DNA of 63,953 nucleotides, counting the filler, from Folioceros fuciformis (Eukaryota): assembly GCA_049999805.1 (NCBI GenBank). It is 5 parts of 4 records of this genome, joined end to end, with 100 filler letters (N's around TTAATTAATTAA, not from the genome) between each part and the next. Parts side by side here need not be neighbours in the genome. Positions count along the whole stretch, not along the records: positions 1 to 11,109 come from JBNGIO010006417.1; positions 11,210 to 32,484 come from JBNGIO010006418.1; 3 more parts are not named here. One strand, given 5' to 3'. Below are positions 1-11,725 of the stretch, in pieces (within the stretch, counting starts at the first letter, position 1; each line of letters begins with the position of its first letter). The notes under the pieces were generated by a model. That model searched no databases. It was not told where the DNA came from and was given only the letters and a program-made list of their open reading frames with translations. Made by a program: the position numbers and the translations under genes.

Positions 1-32
1 TATGCAGATGTGCCTAGAGGAGCCTAGGAATC

Positions 33-593
33 ATGCCGCGACGTAATGCCGCTTCTAGGGACATACACAGATGTAGATTTTCCCGGGAATACTCTGCCGG
101 AAGTCAACCACCTGTACACACGGCGCACATCCCTTTTGAGGCTGCGCGCTCCCCTAGAAGGGCAAGCGCCCGGTGGCAAACCCTCCCCAGTCTACGGTGT
201 TTTTCACCTATGCGATGTGGAGGCCCCTCCGGTGCGCATCGCGCCTATGATTCCCATGCCTCCATGTGCCATGTTTGCTGCGCAGAACAGAATTCCAAGA
301 CGCGCAGAGCACCTGCAAGGCATAAAGACAAACCCGACATCAATTCTCTAAAAGGGCTGAGAAAAATCCTTGACAGATCACAGAATATTCTCAGCCGCGT
401 GGAGAGATTGCTGTCCAGCCTATTGTCTTTCCAAGCTCCATCTAGGATCATCTCCGAAGGCTGTGACACAGACATTCAAGTTAATCACACCCCAATTGAT
501 GAAGCCAAGACAAGTACCCAGCAAATTTCAGAATTTTTGGGCCAAATCTTGGAGGGCTTACCCACTTCATCAAGATCAGACAGCCTTCATTAG
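33..593 (+). CDS. Leader ORF upstream of copia-1 gag; unknown protein, possibly decayed
   Basis: 186-aa ORF starting MPRR with an amphipathic stretch (SLKGLRKILDRSQNILSRVERLLSSLL); same position as leader ORFs in other elements. Confidence 0.4.
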   Translation: MPRRNAASRDIHRCRFSREYSAGSQPPVHTAHIPFEAARSPRRASARWQTLPSLRCFSPMRCGGPSGAHRAYDSHASMCHVCCAEQNSKTRRAPARHKDKPDINSLKGLRKILDRSQNILSRVERLLSSLLSFQAPSRIISEGCDTDIQVNHTPIDEAKTSTQQISEFLGQILEGLPTSSRSDSLH

Positions 594-968
594 ACCCTTC
601 CGCTGCAGGGGAGTAGCAGCAACTGAGAGCACCAGATCTGAACCGCCGTGATGCACCTTGAGTTCATTGCGAAGGCCTCAACTGGTGCTCCTCCATTGGT
701 ACACCTGGAAAACCATTCCATGTGCTTGGGACACGTCTGTTAGAAAAACCCTAACTATACATTAGCTTTAGGGTTCGTAGCCACATAACGACGCACCTTT
801 ACGTTGCGGTGACCCCTGGCGAGACCTTTAATTGGGCTCAGGATCCAGCAGCCATCACTCTTGATGGCCCCTGAACTCTGCGCCCAACAAGGTCTCGCTG
901 GAGATAACACAACGTAAGAAAGAAGGACAGGTAGTAGCGAGACAGTAGTGACATAGCTACATAGCTTC

Positions 969-3900
969 ATGTTCACTGCTGCACAATTAAACTCACTCAT
1001 TAGTGGTTTTCAAAACCTATCACTGCATCCTAATCAACAAGCAGCGATGGCATCCAGTAGCTTACCTACGTTCACCTCTGAACTCAAAGAAAAAGATAGG
1101 TTTAAGGGGCAGGGCTATAATGTCTGGAGGGTCAGAATGAAGGCCACCTTGCTGGCCAGGGGAGTCTGGACCACCGTAGATGGTACTTACCTTAAACCAG
1201 ACCCGTCCAGTAGCCCTGCACCAACCCCAGAGGAGATTGCTAAATGGGAGCAGTTCAACGCCATTGCCGTTGCGCTGATTATTGGTGGACTAGACTCGAA
1301 CCTTGTCCCTGATGTGGAGTACTTGACATCTGCACATGCCATATGGGACCAGTTAGAGAAGACTTATAAAATCCAGAATATGATGACTTTATGTGCAGTA
1401 AGGCAAGAGTTCTACTCTCTGAAAATGAAGGAGGGAGACAAAGTAGCCTCCCACGTCTGCAAGTTTAGGCACCTACGTGCTCAACTTACAGCCATGACAG
1501 GAGAGAAGATGTCAGAAGTGGACGCCATCGCCCAGCTCCTGACCAGTCTCCCTGCCTCCTACCAGACATTTGTGACAAGCCAAAATGGCCCCATACGTGC
1601 CGCAGCTGCTGCCTCTGGCCAAACAGTGACCATCACCCTGGAGGAGGTGATCGGTGCACTGTTCCAGGAGGAGCAGAGCCGTACTTTCTCCTCAGCTGCC
1701 AAGGACAGAGGGGAGAAAGCATTAGCTACTAACTTTCGCAAAGGCAAGGCAAGGTTCCGAGCTCCCACAGCACAAAGACAGAGGGGAGAACCCTCTAATG
1801 CTGCCAAACGCCCTGGCAGCTGTAACTGGTGTGGCCTCCCTGGCCACTGGGCAAGAGAATGCCGCAAACGCAAGGCAGGTGAGCCCCAGCGCCAGCCAAA
1901 GGCTACAGCAAATGTAGCAGTGAGGCAGAATAAAGCAGACCCCAAGGCCCCTGTGAAGATACTTACGGTATGCCTGTTCAGCACTCGGAGTGATGACACC
2001 TGCTGGTATCTTGATTCGGGGGCCACCGCCCACATCTGCAAGAAACAGGAACTTTTCAAAATCCTAGACCTGACACAAACAGGAGGTCAGGTATTCCTTG
2101 CAGATGAACAAAGTAGGTCAAGCTTACCTATCCAGGGTAGAGGCACGTGTGTCTTCACACTGCATGATGGCACAGAGTTAACCCTAGATGATGTCATCTA
2201 TGTCCCAAGCATGGCCAAAAATCTCATGTCTATGAGTCAAATCATGCGTCAACGCATGTTCTACATGCATGCAGACCATGAACACTGCTGTTTCTACAGG
2301 CAGTCATCCCCTCATACATGTGCCTTTGAGGGCTTGCCCGAGAGTAACCTGTACAGGCTGAACATTACCTGTACAGGACCTGAGCTAAATGAGGCTACTC
2401 ACTCAACCTCATCCTCTAACTTAAGCCAAGGACAGCAGGCCTTGCTTTGGCATGCCCGTTTGGGCCACGTCAACAAGTCTAAGCTAATAGACATGTCAAC
2501 CCTAGGATGCCATCGTGAGCCCCTACCTAAATGCTTCAAACAATTACCTGTATGTGAACCTTGCATACTAGCGAAGCAAAAGGAATTGCCATTCCCCACT
2601 TCACCTGCACAGAGAGCCACAAGAGTCCTTGAGTTAGTCTATGCTGACATCTCAGGCAAGGTCCATGAGCCCTCACTAGGAGGTGCCCGCTATTTTTTCA
2701 CTATAACTGATGACTATAGCCGCTACACATGGACATTTCCAATGGAATTCAAGAGTGACACCTCTGGATTCTTCAAGGACTGGCTTACCACTGCTCAAAG
2801 ACAATCTGGGCAACTTCTGAAGACTCTCAGGACAGACAATGGCACTGAATTTGTAAACTCCAACTTTCAAGACCTGCTGCAATCTCACGGGATATTGCAC
2901 CAGACAACAGTGCCCTACACACCTCAACAAAACGGAGTATCAGAAAGGAAAAATCAAACCTTATTGTCTACGACGAGGAGCATGTTGTTGTGGGCAGGTT
3001 TACCTCAAGGCTATTGGGCGGAGGCCATAGTGACAGCGACATACATTCTCAATCGCGTCCTCACCAGCACCGTTCCAAATAAAACCCCATTTGAGGTATT
3101 CTGGAACAAGAAGCCCAGCCTCCTTCACCTCCGAGTCTTTGGATCCCGCGCGTACGCCTATATACCTAAGGAGAAAAGACATAAGCTAGACCGCCGTGCT
3201 GAGGCACTTATCCTGGTTGGCTACAGTGAACATTCAAAAGCTTACAAACTGTATAACAAAGACACTGACACTATTGTCCTTGCTAGGAGTGTCACTTTGT
3301 CGAGCTCCACAGCCCTGTTCTTGATGACAGCCCACCAGATGATCCCATTACATCTGCCCCAGCTGACCGACTTGCTGACTTTCCCCTTGATGAGGATGAG
3401 CCTGAACCCATGGCTCCCCCTCCTGTGCCTGCAGGACATCAGCCATTAGCTCCTACTCACAACCCTGAGACAAATGCAGATGCAAATGTTGAAGGAGAAA
3501 TGCAAACCTTGGATGCAGCCCTTAATCAACCTGTATTGGATGCAGAGGGGGATGTAGGGCCAGCTGATGCAGCACCTTCCATGGCTGACCCTCCACAGCT
3601 TCCACCTCAGGTTGAACCAGCTGCTGATCCTCCCCGTCGCTCCACACGTCACAGACCTCCTCCATTTGAATGGAAGGAACCTCCCTATGTGTCCACTGAT
3701 TTTCGGACCCATGCCTCTCTTGGACCACCTTCTCCTATACTTGAGGAACCCACCACGTTAACTCAGGCATTTAATGGTCCACAACGCGAGCAATGGAAGC
3801 AAGCAGTTGAAGAAGAATACCAGTCCTTGGTGAAGAACAAAACTTGGACGCTCACTGATCTCCCTCCAGGCAGGAAAGCCATATCCTGCAAATGGACATT

Positions 3901-5332
3901 TAAGTTAAAACTTAATGCTAAAGGTGAAGTTGCTAGGTTCAAAGCACGACTGGTAGCAAGAGGCTTCACTCAAGTGGAAGGGCTGGACTACCAGGAAACA
4001 TTCTCACCTGTAGTTCGCAGCCAATCAATTCGCCTGATTCTTGCTTATGCCACAGAATTTGATCTCGACCTTGAACAGATGGATGTCTGTACTGCCTTCT
4101 TATACGGAGTCCTCGAAGAGGAGTTGTACATGTTTCAGCCTGAAGGCTATGAAGACCCTACACACCCCCACCAAGTGCTTAGGCTGTTGAAATGCATTTA
4201 TGGATTAAAACAAAGTGGCAGAGTATGGTACCTCACAATGCATGTCGAACTGATCAGTATTGGTTTCGTTCAAAACACCGCTGACAGCAATGTGTACATG
4301 CTCAAGAGAGGATCTTCCACTGTGTTGCTTGCCCTTTATGTTGATGATTTAATCCTTGCCACAAACGATCAGTCACTATTAGCAGATGTGAAGCAGCAGC
4401 TCCATCAGCGATTTGACATGAAAGACATTGGAGAGTTGAGGTACTGCCTAGGAATTCAACTTCTACGTGTGCGTGATGCTGGTATAATGTATATACACCA
4501 GAGAAAATACATCACTGAAATCCTACGCAAGTTCCACCTAGACCAGGCAAGACCTGTGACAACCCCATATGCAGTGGGTACTAAGCCAACTCGTCAGCAA
4601 AGCCCACAGACCCCAGATGAACTTAGAGACATGGAAGGTGTACCTTATAGGCACGCAGTGGGCAGCCTGCTGTTCGTCGCCAATTGGACAAGACCTGACA
4701 TACAATACTCCGTTAGTACAGTATCACAATTCCTTGAGTGCCCTGGAAGAGCACACTGGACAGCAGTGAAACGGATCTTCCGTTATCTTCAAGACACGTT
4801 AAATTATGGCCTCATGTACAAAAGGAGTGGAGAGAAGAGGCTTACCTTATCTGGCTATTCAGACGCTGACTGGGCGTCAGATTCCGATTCAAGACGAAGC
4901 ATCTCCTCATACTGTTTTCTCCTTGCTTCAGCAGCTGTTACCTGGAGCAGCAAAAAACAGTCAACCATTGCTCTCAGCTCTACTGAAGCTGAATACAAAT
5001 CACTAACCGAAGCAGCTAAGGAAGCAGAATGGGAGAGAAGTTTTCTAACAGGTCTTGATCACCCACAGCCAGATCCTACGGTGATCTTGTGCGACAACAC
5101 CTCAGCTTTGGATCTTGTTTCCAGACCAACTTTCCATGCTCGTACAAAGCATATCGAAGTACACCACCACTACATACGAGACCTGGTGTCCAGAGGCATC
5201 ATCAGAGTTGATCATGTGAGTACTGAAGCAAACACAGCAGATATTTTCACAAAAGGACTGCCCAAGCTTTCCCACTATTTACATATAAGGGGGCTTGGCC
5301 TTAGCGACTACTCCGCTTACTTTGATAGATGA
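969..5332 (+). CDS. copia-1 Gag-Pol polyprotein with a single frameshift near 3297
   Basis: CNWCGLPGHWAREC knuckle, WYLDSGAT protease, LWHARLGH/C..C and D..D..E integrase, LYVDDL RT, YSDADWA and TKHIEV..ADIFTKGL RNase H; ORFs 969-3449 and 3410-5332 join after ARSVT. Confidence 0.93.
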
Positions 5333-6151
5333 AAGGGCCGTGGGACTGAGAGGGGGAAATCAGCATGTTACCTGAAGACGGCTGCCCTAGCTGATGCCTA
5401 ATATTTCCCCTGCAGACCTCACAGCCCTGCTCCCACAATCACCTGTCATACGAGGGAGCACAGCTATGCTGATTAGTCAAACCTAGGTGAACGTATGCAA
5501 CTGGACATCATTGGTCATTAAAGGGCGAGTTATTATGCCCGCCTGCAGCCAACAATCACCAGCCAGACGGATGAAGCATCAAGGAGATCTAAGCATCTGG
5601 TCTACATGTTGCTAAGACCCAGCAGCAACCTATGGTGCGTATGGCCTGCACACAAGCGACCCAAGATCAGGAGCCAAGTCACGGGCCTGATCCGCTCACC
5701 ATCCAGCACAAACAAAAGAAAAGAATTGAAATTTCTGGACTTTGGGGCAGGCGCGTGCGGTATGCTACCTGCAGCTCTCGCAGCGCACAGGCCTCCCTAG
5801 TGCGCGCCCCGCGGATACACAGTCTGGATCAGTGAATCGGTCACATGCACAACTTCCTACTGCTCTGCACAAACGCAGCATTCGGGGAAACGCGCGAAAT
5901 GGAACTTGCAGCTTCGCGGCGCGGGTATCTTCCCCGCGTGCTCGCCCAGATCTGTGAGTCCGCCACACCTCCGTGCTCGCAGCCCGCTGGCCTCCTGCTC
6001 CACTCATTCTTTCGTGCCATGCGTGGCAACTCTTTCGAGATAGCGTCCATGCTCCACCACCCGTTGTCGCGCACTTCACAGCCCCTCATCCACATAGTGT
6101 GGCGGCGCGTGCCCTATCTCCTGGCCGTTTCGTTTCTGGTTTAAGAGGGGG

Positions 6152-6409
6152 TGTTACGATACATTACTATTTAGGCATATAATATAACCTGGAAATTAAA
6201 CCATGCGAAACGACATTACTCGCTAAGCGGTATGGATGGCGGATGGTGAAACGATGCACATGACATGTAGGCGGTTACTTAGGGCAGTTGGTTGGTATAT
6301 AATTAATTAAGTCAGTTTGTTAAGTATTCTTCTTGCTAATAATAAAAGAACCAATCTTGCACGCTACTCCTCTACGCTTCCGTCTCTGACAGGCTACTAG
6401 TTACCAACA
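6152..6409 (+). repeat. 3' LTR of copia-1 (~258 bp)
   Basis: Starts TGTT directly after the PPT, contains TATA-like and AATAAA motifs, ends CCAACA; partner LTR not in window. Confidence 0.75.
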
Positions 6410-7900
6410 TGGACCACGTCATGGATGGGGTCCTGATGCTGCTCTGTGGTCATACAGGGGTCCCTAGTGGATTGGGGTAAGGTGGTAGCCCATCGAATCC
6501 AATCTGATGTTAGGAGAAACCCCCTACTTCGGGATTAACACCTTTCCTATTCCATATCTAGGGGCACCATAAAGCCCTAACGGACTTGGAACAAGCCACT
6601 ATGGCTCGACTTTCGCCTCTCCCTCCGATTGCAACTCCAGCCTCGATGCCTAAGAAGAAACTCCCAGCACGTACAACCCAACCAATTGCTCTTCCCTTAG
6701 CTCATATCCCGTTGCCCTTCTCGGACTACGTCAACAACAAGGGAGCTATCCAAGGGCTGGGGGTGTCCTCACCATAGGCCCAAGCCTTGGTGCCTAGCTC
6801 GGTCGACCACCCTCCTCCGACCAAGAAACAAAAGACAATTATGGTTTGGGAAAAGGAAGAACCGGCCGCCAAGTGATGGAACACTTAGGCTGGAAACGGG
6901 CACGCCTCCAAAGCGCTCCCCCACCAACTAGTTCGGAGCCCCAAAGGCCTATGGGTACCCAGACCCCAAGCGGCCCCTGGGACTAGAAAGGAGGTGGATG
7001 ACATGGAGTTGGTCCGACTTGTAACTTAATTGGACTACAACGAGAGGCACGAAATTGAACCCTCTGAAGTAAAGCGACCCCCATCTCCCCGAGAGTGGAA
7101 GAAAGGGAGGGGCCCCCGATCTCCTAGCCTAACCCCTGCAAGCAGCATACTACCACCTGCCCCAAGGTCGAGCGAGGAAGAGCCGGTCAGGTTAAGAGCC
7201 CTCCCTCACTCTATTGTTCTAGAAGACCTCATTGCCAAAGGCATCATTAACCTGGAGGCCATGAGGAAGGCCATCTGGACTTCCTTTGAAAAGGCCAAGC
7301 TACCGCCCAACAACAAGTTTTACATCGGAGCCACCTCTGAAGGAGCTACATAGGCATCCTAGGGAATCGTGACCTTAGTTGCCGAGGGCTTGGCCAGGTC
7401 CTTCAGATAGGTCGGTGCTCGGAAGGGAAAACCATAGCTCTTTGAAGGTGGATGACCGAATTGACAGCCCAATTAATTACCTTAAAGGAAAGGGCGATTA
7501 GGTTTACCTCGAAGCTCGGGGAGGAGGCTAAAAGATTATGGGAGGAGTGGGATGGTTGTATAAAGGAGTTGTCGAACCTCAAGACCCAAAGTACGGAGCA
7601 GTTGGAGGACCTCTCTAGACGACTCGAGGCGGTGCAGGTTGAGTGGGACCAATTACGGGAGACATAAGGGATTGCTATGGAGGCCTGAAGAGCATGTGAT
7701 CTGGCCAAAGCAAGAGGTAGACCTCCAGGATGCCTACAAATAGCATACCACTGACCGAGATTGCTACCAAAGGAAGTAGAATAGGGCTTTGGACGACAAA
7801 AAGGAGCTCACTCGAAAAGGGGCAGAGGTGCTCAGGCAGGTAGAGGACCTCTGGGGCAAACTCAGGGGTACGACTATGGGACTAATAACCCCACATGGTG
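6410..7900 (+). pseudogene. Decayed transposon accessory ORF (DWGK domain, Pro-rich linker, coiled coil); target of the copia-1 insertion
   Basis: Fragments VIQGSLVDWGKVVAHRI...LTPFLFHI match VVKGSRIDWGKIIYDRL...IFPFLVHL at 45305-46009; heptad-rich fragments 7452-7880; many stops. Confidence 0.6.
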
Positions 7901-9367
7901 CTTGGTACTTGGGTAGATCTTCAGCACATCGTGTTCCTTCCTCTTCCCTCTTCTTGTTCTCCTTTGTTTCCACTCCAAGTACTAGGTGTAGCACCTTTTC
8001 ACGATTACACATTTATAGGCAAAGAGTAGAGTTGGGAACAAGCGGAAGGTTGAGGAGGTACCCATGAGAGTAGAAGATTACTATGAGAGGGATCCTCCCA
8101 AAGGAGTTCCAATTATCAAGCTGGGAAGGGAAGAGCATATCGATGAGGTTACACTTGATGGAAGGTTGGTGAGGATTCAGTAATGGGAGATCTTCTAGTG
8201 AGAAGGTCTAATAGGTTGAATTTGGAAAATTTTTCATCCGAGCCTGTAGTTGTTGTAGCTGGTTTGGAACAAGAGGGTAGTTGCAGTGAGGAGAACGTCA
8301 GAGCATAGAAATAGGCTACAAATTAAATGCAAGCAAAGTTCTACTTATTTTGTTGTGGTGGTTGTTTTGAGACTAAAGTGGAATTGTTGAGTTATAATTG
8401 GTTGGGCAATTTGAGTTTGGAGTAATATGTAAGAAGTTTTGCAAACCAATATGAGAACGTTTCAGGTTGTCATTCAGCAAAAGAGACAACGGTGGGAATG
8501 GCTGTAAAAAGAGAAGAAGGTGTCAACCAAGTGGAAAATGAATGTCGCTCAAAGGGGCAATCAAAGGTTCAGTCTCGAGGACGTAAACATCCAAAGCTTG
8601 TAGAAGAGGACGGTCAAAGGGAGAAACGACAACAAACTTTGCGACTCTTCATATTAGGAGGTTTAGGGTTAGGACCATGACTAGCTAAGTTTGTGGAGCT
8701 AACTCTATGGAGGGTTTAGGGTTAAAAAAATAGAAAGATCCTTATGTAATATGCAAATATACGATATGCCCCATGTACACGAAAAAGAGTGTATGGACGA
8801 AAACCCTCGAAAGACTAAGAACGGCAAATGTTTACACTCCCTCATCCCCTAGAGCAACGTGGGAGGGAGAAATAAGCTCAAAGCCCTACCGAGAACGTAC
8901 TACTCATCGAGAAGCTCCTACTGCGACGTGGAGAACATTAGGGCGTGCCATTCTTATTGGTTTGTCTCGTATTTGGTCGAGACATGCCATCGTACGATAC
9001 TTACGTATTAGATCAAGTACGTAAGCATTTGGGCTGCGTCGAATCCACTAGGGGGTATCCTAATAGATTTTGCTAATACTTAATACTTCGTGAACTTATA
9101 CGCCACCCGCCATTCCATCCCTATGTGACCACGGTGTGACCGACCCGTATAGGTGCCGTGTTGCTTATCGCCCTTCTCTCCCTCCAAATCGCTCTTACTT
9201 CTCATTGCCCTCGCTCTCCCTTCAAATTGCTCTTGCTTCTCATCGCCCTTGCTCTTCCTCCAAATCTGTCTGCTCGAATCCCTGACGGCTGCCCACCTTC
9301 CAATGCATCACTGAATGGCTTGCCAAGGGTTTGGTGTTGATTACTCTGAGTGTTGTGGGCCATCACT

Positions 9368-10672
9368 ATGCCATATCGCTCACTGCGGAAGCAATTTTTA
9401 TTGGACTTGGAGAAAGTTATGGCCATTACAAGTTTGCTCAACGACACTTCAGAGGAGGAGGATTCGTCTGATGAGGAAGAAACTCTCTAATTTATATAAA
9501 CTTGCTCAAGCATCTCGATTTGTGAATGTGAAAGGCAAACGTCATCGCCTCTTGTACTTGTGGTCATCCACACTTTCTAACATGCATCCAAATGAGTTCA
9601 GACAATTGCTATGTNNNNNNNNNNNNNNNNNNNNNNNNNNNNNNNNNNNNNNNNNNNNNNNNNNNNNNNNNNNNNNNNNNNNNNNNNNNNNNNNNNNNNN
9701 NNNNNNNNNNNNNNGAGTTGCTTTATGTAGATTTGGAGCTGCAGGAAATGGAGCAAGCATTGGGAAAATATGTCAACTATTTCACATTGGCCATGGCACC
9801 GTTGTAAAATGGACCCAACGTGTGATCACTGCTTTGCTTGATATGTGCCATGAGTGGATGAAATGGCCAGATGAGAGTAGACGTTCTGTAGACGTTCGAA
9901 GTGATGTGCCTAGAGGGTTTTGAGGGATGTGTTGGCTTCATTGACAGGACAACTTTGCCGTTATCACAAAAGCCTGGTATTGGCGGCGAGCAATATTTTG
10001 ATAGGAAACGAAGGTATGCCTTTAACATTTCACAAACATCAAAGACCTCCAACATGCTTGATTTATGATTCCAATACTATGTTTTGTGTGTACAGGTATT
10101 CTATGAACCTCCAAGTTGTCTGTGATGTAGACAAAAGAATCACTTCTCTACATGTTGGTTGTCCTGGTTCTAATCATGATGCATTTGTGTTTCAAAGAAT
10201 GAGTATTTATAAGGATCCAAGAGCTCATTTCTCGGCAGGGCAATACCTTCTAGGAGATTCCGCATATCCAGTGTTACATTTTTGTATTCCATCATATCGA
10301 TTTCCTACCTCTAGGGAGAATATAGAGTTCAATTATTGCTTATCTAAAAGCAGAGTTCGAAATGAGCATTGCATTGGCATATTGAAGTCCAGATGGGGAT
10401 CTCTGAGAGAGCTACGACGCCAAATCAAATGTGAAGGGGATGTTAGACAAATATCTAGGTGGGTTGTTGCATGTTGCCTCCTACACAACATGTTGGCCAA
10501 CCTTGGGGATGCTTGGAATGAGCTTTATCATGAGGAAGATCCTGTGTTGAATGCACTGGATGACCCGACACAAGTTTATGGAAATACAGCTGCAAGCTTT
10601 CGTGAAGTTTTAAAGCCCAAAGTACTAGCTAAAGATTATGAGAGAGGTGTATTGCCGTTAACTCATGTATGA
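9368..10672 (+). pseudogene. PIF/Harbinger DDE transposase (HARBI1-like), degenerate, with one intron at 10014-10095 and a 100-N gap
   Basis: HTH-like F.IGHGTV, CVGFID(R)T, YFDRKR/YSMNLQVVCD, PGSNHD, YLLGDSAYP, R...EHCIGILKSRW, ACCLLHN; GT..AG intron restores frame; frameshifts near 9485 and 9895. Confidence 0.88.
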
Positions 10673-10695
10673 ACTGTTACTTTTGAAGGGCTATC

Positions 10696-11109
10696 TACAG
10701 ACTCTTATCATTGCCAAAATTCTTTTCCAACTTCTGAAAGATGTCCTTCATTTCTTCTCGATCCAACTTTGCATCAAGAACGGACTTTCACAGCTCCATT
10801 CGCTTTATCTCAAGCTTGGTTTTGTTGTCCTCTTTGGCAATTTCCAGTTTCAAATGTCTCTCCTCCCGTTGTGCAGCTTATTGTGATTCTCTCTCCTCTC
10901 TCATTGTAGTTTGTTGCACTTGGAATCTTTCTTTCTCCCATGCCAACTTCTCTGTCTCTGTTGCTTGTCGCACTATCATTACAGGAAATATTATTATATG
11001 ACAAGAATGTTGTTGGTTTGCCATTGAAAACAAAGTGCTTCAAAGCCACAACTTACTTTGTGCTTTGGCCTTGGCAGCCATATGGAAAGAGTGTGCAAAA
11101 GAGTTGGTG
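10696..11109 (-). pseudogene. C-terminal coiled-coil part of Harbinger ORF2, convergent on the transposase and truncated by the contig end
   Basis: Minus frame reads EKLAWEKERFQVQQTTMREERES..HLKLEIAKEDNKTKLEIKRMEL with stops; convergent two-gene layout fits PIF/Harbinger. Confidence 0.55.
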
Positions 11110-11209
11110 NNNNNNNNNNNNNNNNNNNNNNNNNNNNNNNNNNNNNNNNNNNNTTAATTAATTAANNNNNNNNNNNNNNNNNNNNNNNNNNNNNNNNNNN
11201 NNNNNNNNN
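11110..11209. other. Artificial contig linker (44 N + TTAATTAATTAA + 44 N); also at 32485-32584, 46358-46457 and 62546-62645
   Basis: Identical 100-nt spacer four times, with stop codons in all six frames. Confidence 0.97.
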
Positions 11210-11258
11210 AGGTGCTTCGTTTATAAGCGAGAACCCTAACGGGGTTTCACTCCTAACA
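11210..11258 (-). repeat. Partial 3' LTR of copia-2
   Basis: AGGTGCTTCG...CACTCCTAACA matches 17526-17574. Confidence 0.92.
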
Positions 11259-11294
11259 CGCCCCCGTAAACGGAGCACGCTGCAAAGCTCTGTG

Positions 11295-11465
11295 ATGACA
11301 ACCACCATGGCGGGCTCGTTGACGCAATGTCTCGCACTCTGTGCCTTCATTATCGCGGCATACCTACTGTACCACCACTGGCATGAAGAGCTGAGGCGAA
11401 AGAGTCGTCGCAGCGCGCGCAGAGTGACTTCCCAAAACACCGAGCACACTGCAGAAGAACAGTGA
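11295..11465 (+). CDS. Candidate 56-aa single-pass membrane peptide, antisense in the copia-2 3' region
   Basis: Manual translation MTTTMAGSLTQCLALCAFIIAAYLLYHHWHEELRRKSRRSARRVTSQNTEHTAEEQ*; hydrophobic stretch followed by basic cluster. Confidence 0.3.
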   Translation: MTTTMAGSLTQCLALCAFIIAAYLLYHHWHEELRRKSRRSARRVTSQNTEHTAEEQ

Positions 11466-11725
11466 AATCAGGAAATTCACGACAGAGCACCGGTGGCAGA
11501 TCGCGAGCTGGGAGTGCCGAGTACAAGTCTGGATGTCTGTGGGCAGAGTAGACAACACGCAGAAGCTTCATCCTGAAGACGATGAGTTGCAGGCGCAATT
11601 CAAACGTGCCACTGCAAGTCCGTTGCCGCAGGACAGCTGATGCTCCAGGTAGCTGCAGTATGCGATTAGAGTAGACTTGTCGCTTCATCCACCATAGACT
11701 GCAGCTAGCTGTGTCGTGCAGGAAG

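Larger units (their letters stand above)
1..6409 (+). mobile_element. Ty1/copia LTR retrotransposon (copia-1); 5' LTR and PBS lie upstream of the window
   Basis: Gag-PR-INT-RT-RH domain order, PPT TTAAGAGGGGG at 6141-6151, then TGTT...AACA LTR. Confidence 0.93.

Noticed and set aside
1559-2059. Long antisense ORFs over gag-pol, here and in other elements
   Set aside because: Shadow frames of real coding sequence with no independent motifs
3290-3449. Programmed ribosomal frameshift between the two copia-1 ORFs
   Set aside because: The break is inside the integrase at a short T run; the sibling copia-2 is continuous here, so it is a 1-nt deletion or sequencing error
7900-9050. Possible additional element between the decayed accessory ORF and the Harbinger
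   Set aside because: No termini, repeat partner or coding motif identifiable within the window
11154-11165. Recurrent palindrome TTAATTAATTAA (four times)
   Set aside because: Always flanked by exactly 44 N on each side; an assembly spacer, not biology
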